Source of the DNA: the human T2T-CHM13v2.0 reference genome, Homo sapiens
Direction: 5' to 3' (one strand)
Assembly: GCF_009914755.1 (NCBI RefSeq)
Contig: NC_060947.1
DNA length: 64,000 nt
The notes beneath the pieces are model-generated. The model worked only from the letters and a program-made list of their open reading frames with translations. It was not told the origin of the DNA and did no database searches. Below, in pieces: positions 1-11,443 of the stretch; the first letter of the stretch is position 1; each line of letters starts with the position of its first letter. Position numbers and translations under genes: made by a program.

Positions 1-291
1 CTAATATCAAAAAGCAGATGGTGAGCAGGGATATAATTTATAGGTTTGGGCCAGAAGAAGAGAGGTAGAGAAGTTAAGGAAGGTTCTGTCTCAGGGCATG
101 TATTATCTCTGTAAAGTTGGGAGCAAATGTCATCTGCCCTGAGTGAAAAAGGTTGAGACTGGCTAGAGGGCTTGGTGAGAGCAGACTAGCTAATGAGGGA
201 AATGGGAGAGGAAGCTGACACAGCACAAGAAATCTTTCTGCACACCGGCTAGCAAAAAAAGAAGCAAAAGACTTATTTTTATAAAGCACTG

Positions 292-297
292 TTTATT
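292..297 (-). terminator. Polyadenylation signal AATAAA (distal)
   Basis: Plus-strand TTTATT, with U-rich tract ~25 nt downstream on the minus strand. Confidence 0.75.
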
Positions 298-719
298 TTT
301 ATGTATTGAAAATGTCCATTTTAAAAGTCTTCAAAATAAAAACAAGTTAGAAAATTTGAGCTTGTGTTAAGAAGGGGAAGGACAGAAAAGGAACTGAAAG
401 GCCTCTACGGGCAGCAGTTTAATTACAGGGCAACAGGAACCCATTTATAGAGTATTGTAAACAACACAACTATGGCGACACTGCTCTCAGATTAACATGG
501 CTTCATTTCCTTTATATTATAGTTTAGTGTGTAAGCATGGTTACCACTCTGCACAAGCTTCGTTATCCAGAGTACCGAGGGCCCCTCATCAGAAGGGCCA
601 AGTCCCCGAAACATGCATATGTACTCATCACTGTAAAATGAAGACCTTTCAATATTTTCAGCAATCAACTAAAGTATTCCGTAATCACAAAAATGTTTCC
701 TATAGATGCAGTTTGCACA

Positions 720-725
720 TTTATT
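720..725 (-). terminator. Possible alternative (proximal) poly(A) signal AATAAA
   Basis: Plus-strand TTTATT; TTTTTGTG about 25-30 nt downstream on the minus strand. Confidence 0.35.
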
Positions 726-1086
726 GCAAGCCATTGACTAACCACAGAATGGGCAGATGTGAAGATCTGTGTTGATGTTGTTGGTGGTGGTGGTAGTACT
801 GATGTTTTTAATTTTTAAGTGAAGGATGTTATATCTAAATGGCTGTGCTAAAAAACAGAACAACAGCCATTCCTAGAAATTTCTTTACTCTTCAGCTTCC
901 AAACACGGCTGTGTGTGGTTGGCTGATGTTGGACTGCAAAAATAGTCCATTTCCTGTGGATGGTGTAATTTCTGCTGTGCAGCAAGCAGACAACAGCCCT
1001 GTACCATGTAGCTATGGGACCTTGAGACTCTCAGTACCAAAAATAAAAAGGGCTCCTCAGCAAGCTGGGGGTTTCAAACTTCAAGT

Positions 1087-1246
1087 TTTGTTTTTTCAGA
1101 GACAGAGGTGTCTCTCTGTTACCTAGGTTGGAGTGCAGTGGTGTCATCACAGCTCACTGCAGCCTTGACCTCCTGGGCTCAAATGATCCTCCCACCTCAG
1201 CCTCCTGAGTAGCTGGGACCACAGGTGTGGGCCACCATGCCTGGCT
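1087..1246 (-). mobile_element. Alu right-arm monomer (FRAM-like) inside the 3'UTR, sense to the mRNA
   Basis: GAGACAGAG...GGAGTGCAGTGG...CCTCAGCCTCCTGAGTAGCTGGGACCACAGG...CCACCATGCCTGGC. Confidence 0.85.
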
Positions 1247-2569
1247 TCAAGTTTGGTTTTTAAACAATATTTGCAAAACCCACATTTATAGGCATCCATC
1301 AAATATATTATAAAGGCAATTCTGATCAGCCCTTTGGCCTCAATTTCCAGTGACCTTCCCCATCTGGCCAAATTTCTCTTGTCTTTTGGGGAGGGAGGGG
1401 TGAGTGGCACTGAGCCTTAGGCCAACTTTCAATGGCGCTGAATTTGGATGTGTGCTGTTCTGTGACTGTCTTCTAAACCTGGTTTCTCACAGTTCTAGTT
1501 TCTGGGATAAAGTGGATGATGTGATTCAATGAGCAACTTGAGTTAATCAGTCCTGAATAATCCAGCACACAGCTACTAGAGGGGCCCTTTTGTTCTGGAT
1601 GTACAAGTTGGACCAGAAGCATATTTCTGCAAATACTGCTTAGAGTCCCACCCAAAGAGGCCAATTAATATTACAACTTCTCACAGCATATATGAGAGAG
1701 TAATAAAGTGAATGAAAGCTGTCTAGTAGGGCACAATATCTTCTTAATGCAGATTGTTTTGAAGGATAAAACATCACAGTTTGAATATGCAACGTACATA
1801 AAGTAACTCCTCACAGTCTAACTACATTTTTTTAAAAAGTAAGCAAAGCACATACATACTAGTTTACACACCACTTGGTAAGGTTGGCTAAAAGTACTGG
1901 GGAAATAGAAAACTTACACACTAGGCAGAATGAGGGAAAGAAACCTATCATGCAATGGGAAAAGGCGGTCAACTCTGCTACTAAAAGGGAGGATTGTCCA
2001 GTAGAATTTGCTGATGGATTTGGTGTTGGTGTGGGTGACCAGAGCTTCTGCCCCCCTGAGTTACAATTTACATGACACAAAAGGAATAAGGGTACTACAG
2101 TTTTCTTGGTCTTATAGACAACATAGGGCAGTAATTTTAAAACCTGTGATTGAGGGGAGGCATGTGATGGTCTAAGGAAGGGCAGCTGGATCATTGGGCA
2201 GATGTGTTTGTCTTTCATCCTACTCAAGCCATAGTCTGGAAGATTTGCCTTCGGTAAATTAAGTACTAAGAGGCTTGCAGGTACAGGAAAGCCCTGGGGA
2301 AAAGTTGGGTTCACATTTAATAAGCCTTGGCCAGCTGCTTTGCAAGGGCAGCCAGCCCAAAGAATGTGACCTGAGGGCAATGGCTGTTGCAGAGGCACTG
2401 TGAACTGAAGGCAATCTGAAGACCTTTTAAGTAACTGGCCTGCATTCCCTTTCTCTTTCTTACTGAATGGAAAAGACTCTGAGGCCATCTCTACCACCAC
2501 TTCCTGCTTTTTCACCTGTTGAAAAAAAAAATGAACAACCAACCAATAACCAAACAACAGCAAATGCCC

Positions 2570-2647
2570 AAGCGCGCACGTGCACGCACACACATATGCA
2601 CACAGCGGGGAGAGAAAGAGAAGAGAGAGGGAGAGAGAGAGAGAGAC
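2570..2647. repeat. (CA/CG)n then (GA)n compound microsatellite in proximal 3'UTR
   Basis: GCGCGCACGTGCACGCACACACATATGCACAC...GAGAGAGAGAGAGAC. Confidence 0.85.
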
Positions 2648-2754
2648 TCAAACACAAAACAAAAGCCAAAGAAGTGAGCAAACTGAGTCAAATCATTCAG
2701 CGGGACATTTCAAGATGCCCTGAAGGCACACTCCACCCAGTGGCACAGTGATGG

Positions 2755-2895
2755 TTATGGAAGAATTGAGGTCTTGCTACTGGACTCGCCTCGAATACAC
2801 TCATCTGTTTGCTTCAAAAGCCTCCGCACCAGCTTTTCTAGGTCCCTTCTTGATTTCAGTTCTTCTTCCAGGCATTGCTTCATTCTTTTATTTTC
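2755..2895 (-). CDS. ARHGEF6: ARHGEF6 last exon (22), coding part: [46 protein letters not shown] (coiled coil)
   Basis: AG acceptor at 2896-2897, 141 nt, phase 0, TAA at 2755-2757. Confidence 0.97.
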   Translation of the reverse strand, partial: ENKRMKQCLEEELKSRRDLEKLVRRLLKQTDECIRGESSSKTSILP

Positions 2896-2979
2896 CTATG
2901 ATGGGGAAAGATTTGTTGATTATCAAACAGAGGGGGGCCCTTCCAAGGGCTCCTCCTGCTCATCCTCGGGGCAGCTTTC

Positions 2980-3810
2980 ATCACTGACTCTCTTTCTTTC
3001 CTCGACCTTCCCTCCCTCAGCATCTATGACAAAGCAGCCTGTCGATTCTCCTGCCTGTCTCTGGGAAACCTTTTGGATTCTTCTTCCCTGCCCTGATCCT
3101 CTTCTAATTTAACTTGCTTTTCACTTAGTGTCACTTCTGTTTCAACCCAAGTGTCTATTAAGGGGACTCCCAAATATCTCTGGTACTGACCTTGTCTCCT
3201 GAGAATCGGGTCCACAATCTCAACTGTCAGCCTGGTATTTCTTCTTCTTCTTCTTCTTATTATTATTATTATTATTATTATTATTTTATTTAAGAGATGG
3301 GGTCTCACTCTATTGCCAGGCTGGAGTGCAGTGTAATCATGGCTCACTGCAGCCTCAAACTCCCGGGCTTAAGTGATCCTCTCACTTACCTGAGATTACC
3401 TGGCAGCAGCTTGGTATTTCCACCTAGATATGTCACAAGCACCTTAAACTCATCAGGTCCTAAAGTGAACTCAGTATCTCTCTCAACACCCCAAACTTCT
3501 CCTCCTCCTGTGATTACTGATCTCCATGAAGGGGCACCACCATATGCAACCAGACACCCTGGGAAGAAGCTTCATCTTTAATCCCTGGCTCTTTCTTAAT
3601 CTCAAAATCATATTATCCTCGTCCATAGGTTCAAACTCTGCAGTATGCCATCCTTTACATTCGTTTCCTCCTCCCCAGCCTCATTACCCTGCCTCAGTTC
3701 AGGACTCTGACAGGTTTCACCCTGAGTTTTGTAAGAACCTCCTAAGTGGTCTTCTAGTCCCTGGTCTCTCTCCCCTCGCATCCATCCTTCACTCTGTCAC
3801 CAGATACAGT
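2980..3810. mobile_element. L2 remnant interrupted by a partial Alu with (CTT)n(ATT)n tail (3241-3387)
   Basis: Pyrimidine-rich L2-like sequence (CCACCTAGATATGTCACAAGCACCTTAAACTC); Alu 3' arm GAGATGGGGTCTCACTC...GGAGTGCAGTG. Confidence 0.65.
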
Positions 3811-4207
3811 CAGTCCTCACACACAAGGCACAGTGTGCATCACGGAGCACTAGGCCACATCGGCAGAAAAGCCCACAAACCATGATGAATGGTTCTCTTT
3901 ACACTTACACACTCATGAATGACTAGTCTTTTCTTAAAGTCTGTTTATGGATGTCAGAGAACAGGAAAGTTGTAACTAACTTTGGGACTCTATTGTGAAC
4001 TACTACATAGAAATACAAGCAAGCCTCGGAAATTTAAATTCAAGGCTTACATGATAAAATCAACAAAACCTACCTTGATGACACAAGGAAAACAAAAATC
4101 CCCCCTCGCTACCTTGCTCCTAGGCCTTCCCTGAAAGCATGAGCAGCGTGAGGCAAGAAAAAGAGAATGGTTCTATTACCCGAGAAAATGATTTTATATT
4201 TTATTAC

Positions 4208-4262
4208 CTGCTTCAGTTCTCTGACCTCGTCCTTCAAGGCGTAAACAGTATCAACAAGGCTC
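4208..4262 (-). CDS. ARHGEF6: ARHGEF6 exon 21: (K)SLVDTVYALKDEVRELKQ
   Basis: 55 nt, AG at 4263-4264, GT at 4206-4207, ends in phase 0. Confidence 0.97.
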
Positions 4263-4564
4263 CTAGAAAATAAAGATAAAATTCAGAGACAAATGGCTTG
4301 CACTGAGGTACTGTTAAAATACTTAACAATAAAAGCCACTTTATAAAAATACAGATCCTGAAAAACAGTGGACTTTCTAGCTGATTGGGAATGGTACTGC
4401 TCTAAATGGTTTCCATCTTCTTGACTTTGATGGAAGAACAACCACCACCACACATGCTTAGCTAAATGCAATGTCATTACACCTTTTCTATACTTCCCTC
4501 CTCCTTTTCTACTCACTTCCCAGCTTGGGTGAACAAAACACAAGAGACTAGGGCCCGTCACTAA

Positions 4565-5365
4565 GTTTTTCTTTTTCTAGCTTTGTTGAGGGATAATTGA
4601 CAAAGCTGTACAATGTGATGTCTTGATATATGTATACATTGTGAAGTGGTTACCATAATCAAGCTAATTAACATATCCATCTCCTCACATAGTTACCTTT
4701 TGTATGTGTGTGGTGGAAATCTACACTCTTAGCAAACTTCAAGTATACTCCATTGTAAACTATGCAGTCTTCCCTCCCTCGGTATCCATGGGGTATTGGT
4801 TCAAGGACCCCCATGGATACCAAAATCCACAGATGCTCAAGTCCTTAACATAAAATGGCATAGTATTTGCATATAACCAATGCACATCTTCCCATACACT
4901 TTAAATCATATCTAGATTACTTATCATACCTAATACAATGTAAATGCTATGCAAATATTTGTTATACCATATTTCTTAGGAAAAAACAATATGGTATAAC
5001 AGTGCATACATATATCAAGACATCACATTGTACACCTTTGTCAATTATCCCTCAACAAAGGCGGAAAAAGAAAAACTTTACTAGGTATGAAAAAAATCTG
5101 TACATGTTCAATACAGATGCAACCATCCATTTTTTTCTGAATATCTTTTTGATCTGGGGTTGGTTGAATCCACAGATGCAGAGCCCACGCATGCAGAGGG
5201 CCAACTGTAGTCAACATGCTGTACATTAGTTCTCCAGAACTTATTCATCCTGCATACCTGAGATTTGGTACCCTTTGACCAACATCTCCCCATTTCCCCT
5301 TTCCCCTCAGTCCCTAGAAACTACCATTCTGCTCTCTGTTTTTAGGAGTTCGACGTTTTCAATTC
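4565..5365 (-). mobile_element. Old L1 3' end (L1MA-like) split by a MER2
   Basis: L1M 3'UTR motifs (GATATATGTATACATTGTGAA...; CCCTTTGACCAACATCTCCCCATTTCCC) resume on both sides of the MER2. Confidence 0.75.
4765..5207 (+). mobile_element. MER2 (Tigger-family DNA transposon MITE) with internal foreign insert
   Basis: CAGTC..CCCTCGGTATCC terminus, GGATACCAAAATCCACAGATGCTCAAGTCC, ending GAGGGCCAACTG|TA. Confidence 0.85.
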
Positions 5366-5659
5366 CCGTCATAAGGTTTTGATTTCTCTAGCTTTGGGGC
5401 AGGAATGAACATCACCTATCATATAATGAGAGGTATCACAAGATTGCCTAGTCTACAGTATCTGTGCTATGACATTGCCCTTCCCAGTTCTCTGACTGCA
5501 CATGACACAAAGTCAGAGGCATTCTTTCTGGAATATCTCAACCATACAGTACCCAAAAAAGTAATTTTTTGGTAATTACTGGGTTGCAGAACAGCCTTTT
5601 CCTCTCTGGGTCTCTCCCTGGACAAAGATTTTGGAGATCTAAGTTTTGGTTCTGATCCT

Positions 5660-6030
5660 GCCACTTACTAGTCCTCTGTTCTCTGGGAACCAGTTTCCTT
5701 CTCATCCTCTCTTGGTCTTAGTTTCTTTACATGTAAAATGGGGATAATAGCACATTTTCTGAAAACCTCACAAAGTTGTAAAAATGAATATCGTTATAAT
5801 AAGAATTAACTAACATTATTTATTGAGCTAGCCTTTATACTTATTTCACTTAACCTCACAACAACTCTGAAAGCATTACCGTCATCCTTATTTTACAGAT
5901 GAGGAAACTGAGGCACAGAGAGGTGAAGCAACTTGCCCCAGGTCACACAGCTAATGAGTAGCAGAAGTGGGAGTTGAACCACACTGTTTTTTGCTTGAGC
6001 CCAAGTACTTAACCATTTTGCTGTATCACT
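5660..6030. mobile_element. MIR elements (two, opposite orientation)
   Basis: TTTTACAGATGAGGAAACTGAGGCACAGAGAGGTGAAGCAACTTGCCCCAGGTCACACAGCTA core. Confidence 0.75.
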
Positions 6031-6745
6031 TCACACATCAGATGTAAAATGCATTGACAATGCCAAGCACCTTGAAATATGCTGTCCTATGCAAATTTAG
6101 GCCTGACTTCAGAAATGACTCAAGTTTAGACAAATGAATTATTTGGCTACTTTGTGTTAATTTTATGAGCCAGAAGGTACTTAACCTGATTTTCCCCCAT
6201 TAGGTCACCCACACTACTGTGTAAAGGTAAGTCAGAGACATAATTTCCCTGAACTTCCTGTACCTCAGTTTCTTTATCTGTGAAAGTGGTGAGAGTAATG
6301 TTTATCTAACCGGATTGCTGTAGGATTTTAAATGATGTCAAAAATGTGAAAGCACAGCTTCTGACTCAAAACATGTGAGTGGCATCTCTCCGGGCAAGGA
6401 AATTGGTTCTGTGGCTGGAATTCCCAGCCACTTCCTAAACCCATCCAGGGCATTGATATTCCCATGTGCTCAGAAGCAGCTTACTGGATGGGGAGCTGGC
6501 TGCAGGGGCAGCTGCCAGCTGGAGCTGCCTTGGAGGGCTCTGTCACCGCTGCTTTTCCTTCCTCTTTCCATTTGTTAGTGGGCAGCCCTCTAAAGTCTCC
6601 CAAATGCATGCACAGCAAAGCAGGCCGCATTCCCAGGTAAGGAGGAGTTGTCCCTCATCATAGACTCTCCAGGAGCTCCCCGTCCTACCAGACCTTCTTG
6701 CCAGCCCCAAGAGAAACTAGGCAAGGTTTTGCCTGCTCTACTCAC

Positions 6746-6845
6746 TTTTCTTCCATGATGGTCTGGCCGTTGCTTCTGGTTTCTTCAATGATGAGTTTCT
6801 CTTCCTCAGGGAGTAGGACTTGTGGAATGGAATCTTTTCGAGTAC
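6746..6845 (-). CDS. ARHGEF6: ARHGEF6 exon 20: (S)[32 protein letters not shown](K)
   Basis: 100 nt, AG at 6846-6847, GT at 6744-6745. Confidence 0.97.
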
Positions 6846-7718
6846 CTACAAACAAGGGTTGCAAGATGGGGGAGGAGGGAGAGTTACTAGTGAAGAGTAG
6901 AAATAGTGGGTGTTAGTTCTTTTCCACTATTGTTACAGAAGGGTCTTTGTTCATAGCATGTTGCTACATTACACCCAGAGGACAGTCACCCATCATTTGC
7001 TGACTAAATTTTCCTGACATGAGAAATTCTAAATGGCCAAATACACTGATTCAATCTTCCCGAGGTGGGAAGCATTTTGTATTCAGAAAAATAATGCAAA
7101 AGAGCCCCTGTAATACCTGTCCACAACCAAGACCTCCATTCTTTCCTGTTTTGCCTCCTCCAGAGCAAAGAGCTGACCAGTGATCACTCTTCCCTGCAAA
7201 TCTCCAAGGAAGGACACACTACATCCTATGCTACAGTGTTTTGTCATTGTAGTAAAAGGTTGACAGTAGCACTGCACTGAAACACAATGTGCTTAAAGGG
7301 CCTCAGAAGCATCATCACCCCCATTTGTTCTCTTTACAGTCTTATAGGGTAAGGTAGGTATGTCTCCTAAGACCATTTTCATCAAGGGTGGAGTGAGGTT
7401 TGGAGATTATCACATCATCAGCAAAGATGTAGGTGTCCTCTGCCCAGAATGTCTCCAGGCTCTGGGACAGAAGAGGTGACAGAACAGGCATGGGGGCCCA
7501 ACCAAACAGCTCTCCTGCACCTCCCTCACTCTGGATCCTCCCTCTCAGAGCTCAAGTGCTTAATCTTGGGTCTCCCTGAGCCACTGGCTTCCTCTCTTCT
7601 AGGCCAAGTTCCTTCAGAGGTGTGCACACTCACTGCCTTCACTTGACCACCTCCCCTTTCTTGAGGTAAGATGTGTCTCTGCCTTCTCCAGGGCCTAGCA
7701 CTTTGTAGGTGCTTAATA

Positions 7719-8021
7719 CAGGTGGCCCCCCATATCCACATGTTTCACATCTGTGGATTCAACCAACCGTGCATTGAAAATGTTCAGAAAAAACAAAAAA
7801 CAATACAAATTTAAAACCCAATGCAGTATAACAACTATTTACACAGCATTTACATTTATGAGGTATGATAAGCAATCTAGAGATGATTTAAAGTATATGG
7901 GAAGATATATGGAGGTGATAAGCAAATGCTCCACCATTTTACATCAGGGACTTGAGCATCGTCAGATTTTGTTATCTCTGGGGGTCCTGGAGCCAATCCC
8001 CTGCAGATACCAAGGGACGAA
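7719..8021 (-). mobile_element. Tigger3/MER2-like MITE
   Basis: TGTGGATTCAACCAACC...GGGACTTGAGCATC...GGGGTCCTGGAGCCAATCCCCTGCAGATACCAAGGGACG; antiparallel to the MER2 at 4765. Confidence 0.75.
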
Positions 8022-8538
8022 TATAAGTGGAAAGCAAACTGACTGAATGACTGGCTGAATGCAGTAAGAGCCGAGGGCAGTCAGTTCTAGAGAAACAGGG
8101 CTTCTGGTTAGAGAGGGATAGAGGATAGAAGGTCACCACGATGCTAAATGATCTGCTGTGTGACAAGCACAGTGCCAGACATCTTCCACATGTAAAAGGT
8201 TGGGTAGGGAGCAAGGGTGAAGACGTGTCTTTTTAAGCCAGAATATCTGGCTGCACTTCCCAGCTGCAGACCCATCCACTCTGTCAAATATAAAAATAGG
8301 TGGTGCGGGAGGAGATGAGGTCAGATTTTGTAGAAGGGATGCTTCTGGTATCTCTTTGTCCCCCTCTCTTCTCTAGTTCTCAAAACTAAAGCTGCCCTCA
8401 CTTTCCTCTCCTGGCTCCTTGAAACATGTTATCAGAGCTATGCATGCCCAAAGCCACAGCCAGGTTTTCTCTGTGAAGCAGAGTGCGACAGTCCTCTCTT
8501 CATGGCCAAATGCGTCAACTTTCACATTGAATCATTGA

Positions 8539-8889
<351 letters not shown>

Positions 8890-9732
8890 TAGAATGCTTC
8901 TTTTATGTCAGCCTTAGAGATGCATTACTTTGAAAGAATATGTCAAGGCACCTAAGAAATCCCCTCCCACATTCAAATGATTGGTCACTGGATGTCCAAA
9001 ATGGAGTACTATGGAGTATTCATTTCTTATGCAGGTGCAAAAACTTCACAAAAGGTATTCTGAATGTCTATAATAATGGGAGACAAAAGACATAATCGAA
9101 GTGACCTGTCTTTTTAAAAGCATAAAGATGAATCAGAAAATATTATCTTGCTTTCAGTTTGTAACCTGAAAGTTGTTTGGGGAAATACCCTAACCTAATA
9201 ACTCCCTGATCAACTTTATACATTTTGGACAACCTCTGCTAAGCAGCTACCTTTCCAGATTTTCAGAGCAACTTTGAAACTTGAGTTTGGTGAAGCATTG
9301 TTCGTTTAAATATGCAGCTGATCAAAGATAGTATTTTGACTTCCTTTCCAAATCTGCCTATAAGAAGAGATTAGCATCAGTTCACAGACACAGGAACTCT
9401 CTAGGCCCTTTAATTCCTAACTAGTGTTGGTGAAGGTATCTGTGTACTTCAAAGGAGAACAACTTTAAAAAAAAATTTTCACTTCTATCACCTCCAACTC
9501 TTTTACTCTTGCATCTCTCTTTCTGGGTGAAAAACAACAGTGGGTAAACAAACCGCTTGGTAGCTAAAACCACCTTATCTGAAAGATGCAGTCCTGCACC
9601 ACTCCTCTGCACCAAGTCACCTGCTTTCCACACCCTGCAACCCATCCGGGTTGCTTTTCTCTTTTTCTAAAAGACACTAAACAGTAAGGAAGAAACGTCA
9701 CTCACTAGAGAAAGTAGTTTGGGGGAACCTAC

Positions 9733-9822
9733 TTGAGCCATGGCCTTGTTGAAAATTTGCGCTGGTGCAGTAGGCTTCGATCACTTTAAGGATTTGAGCA
9801 TCCTCTTCCAGAGCAGCTGTAC
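9733..9822 (-). CDS. ARHGEF6: ARHGEF6 exon 19: (S)[29 protein letters not shown] (GIT-binding region)
   Basis: 90 nt, AG at 9823-9824, GT at 9731-9732; overlaps ORF-track 9698..9892. Confidence 0.97.
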
Positions 9823-10221
9823 CTGTGAAATTTAATTCATCATGACTTTTCATAGATATATGCTTTTGGACCCTCAAAATGATGCAGCACACTCCACTGC
9901 CTGGGACTGGCTTCTCTGACCAGTAGAGTTTGTGAAAGGCAGGAGAAAGAGCTGTCCAACGCTGGTGATGGAGAAGAGTGACAGCATCCTCATGGAGCTT
10001 TGGAGTCAGCCTCAGTGAGCTCAGCTTAGTGGAGGGCCTACTCCTGAAGCCCAGAGCTCTACACTGGGACCGGGGTGGGGGGGGCGGTGTTTTGTCAGTG
10101 GTCTCAGTGAGGCCAAAATCACAGCACTGAGCTTGTTGCTAGCTTAGCTCCCATCAATATACCCCAGCCTTCCTCTCCTTTAAATTTCAAGGCTCACCTT
10201 TAGGAAGCTTTCCCTCATTAA

Positions 10222-10545
<324 letters not shown>

Positions 10546-11349
10546 AACCCCACCCAATTTTCTAACCAGTCAGCATAGTCACTCATTTTCCCTTCTCCCT
10601 TCTCCTCTACTCCAAACTCATTCTTGCAATGGCTGGATGGCAGCACCCTGTGAACACGCCAGTGTGCATAACCAGGTGTGGGGTGGGGGGTGGGGCATGC
10701 CAAAGCTGAAGTGGAGCAAATATTTATCCAAACTATATTCCCAGCTGATACACACAATTCTGTCACCTCTTTGTGAGACATCACTTACTCCTTCACATGT
10801 GTCCCAAAGTACCTTGTGTCCCAAAGTACCTTGTTCACAGCCTTATAGCCAAATATGTCCATATCGACTGGCTGACTGACTTTGCAGTCTGTCTCCAAAT
10901 GAAACTATGTTTCTAGATGTGGGCAGGCTGATTCCCTGAGTAACTGAGAGCATCACTGAGCATGGGACTTCTGGAAGGACTTCAGCCTTCGGGTCTATTT
11001 AGTCTATCTCCCTGCAGAAAAATATCTCAAGTATCAGAAACTAAGAGGGAAAAAATGTATCCATAGGAAATGGGTCCCTTTAGAGGTTCTAAACCAGGTG
11101 AGGCAAAATACTCAACACAAAAATGATACAGATGACATCTGCCTAAGATGACATGAAGTGCAGCCGTAAGAAGCTTATTCAAATGTTTAAGAAGTGACCA
11201 AAGCTTTCCATGCATTCTTCTTTATATGTAAAAGACGATGTCAAGAAAAAATTGCTCCAATCATCTGCTTTCAAATAAATCCTCACATAAAAGAAGATTC
11301 TCATGTTAATTTATCCATAAACAACTTTCAGAAAGTACAAAACACATAC

Positions 11350-11443
11350 TTTTCCTAATCACATATTCCTCCTCCGATGGTTTTCTCTCAGTCTTCCTTT
11401 TATGAAGAAATTTCTTCATCGTTTTAGGGCTTTTACTAGACTC
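11350..11443 (-). CDS. ARHGEF6: ARHGEF6 exon 18: [31 protein letters not shown](S)
   Basis: 94 nt, AG at 11444-11445, GT at 11348-11349. Confidence 0.97.

Larger units (their letters stand above)
275..2754 (-). other. ARHGEF6: 3'UTR of ARHGEF6 (~2.5 kb; 3' end approximate)
   Basis: Runs from TAA (2755-2757) to AATAAA at 292-297, with a U-rich downstream element (minus-strand CTTTTGCTTCTTTTTTTGC, ~252-270). Confidence 0.8.

Noticed and set aside
2648-2757. Stop-codon readthrough into the long 3'UTR ORF
   Set aside because: The ORF is in a different frame from the CDS and is bounded upstream by TGA at 2648-2650
10798-10834. 17-bp tandem duplication TGTGTCCCAAAGTACCT x2
   Set aside because: Simple slippage duplication; no spacers, not CRISPR-like
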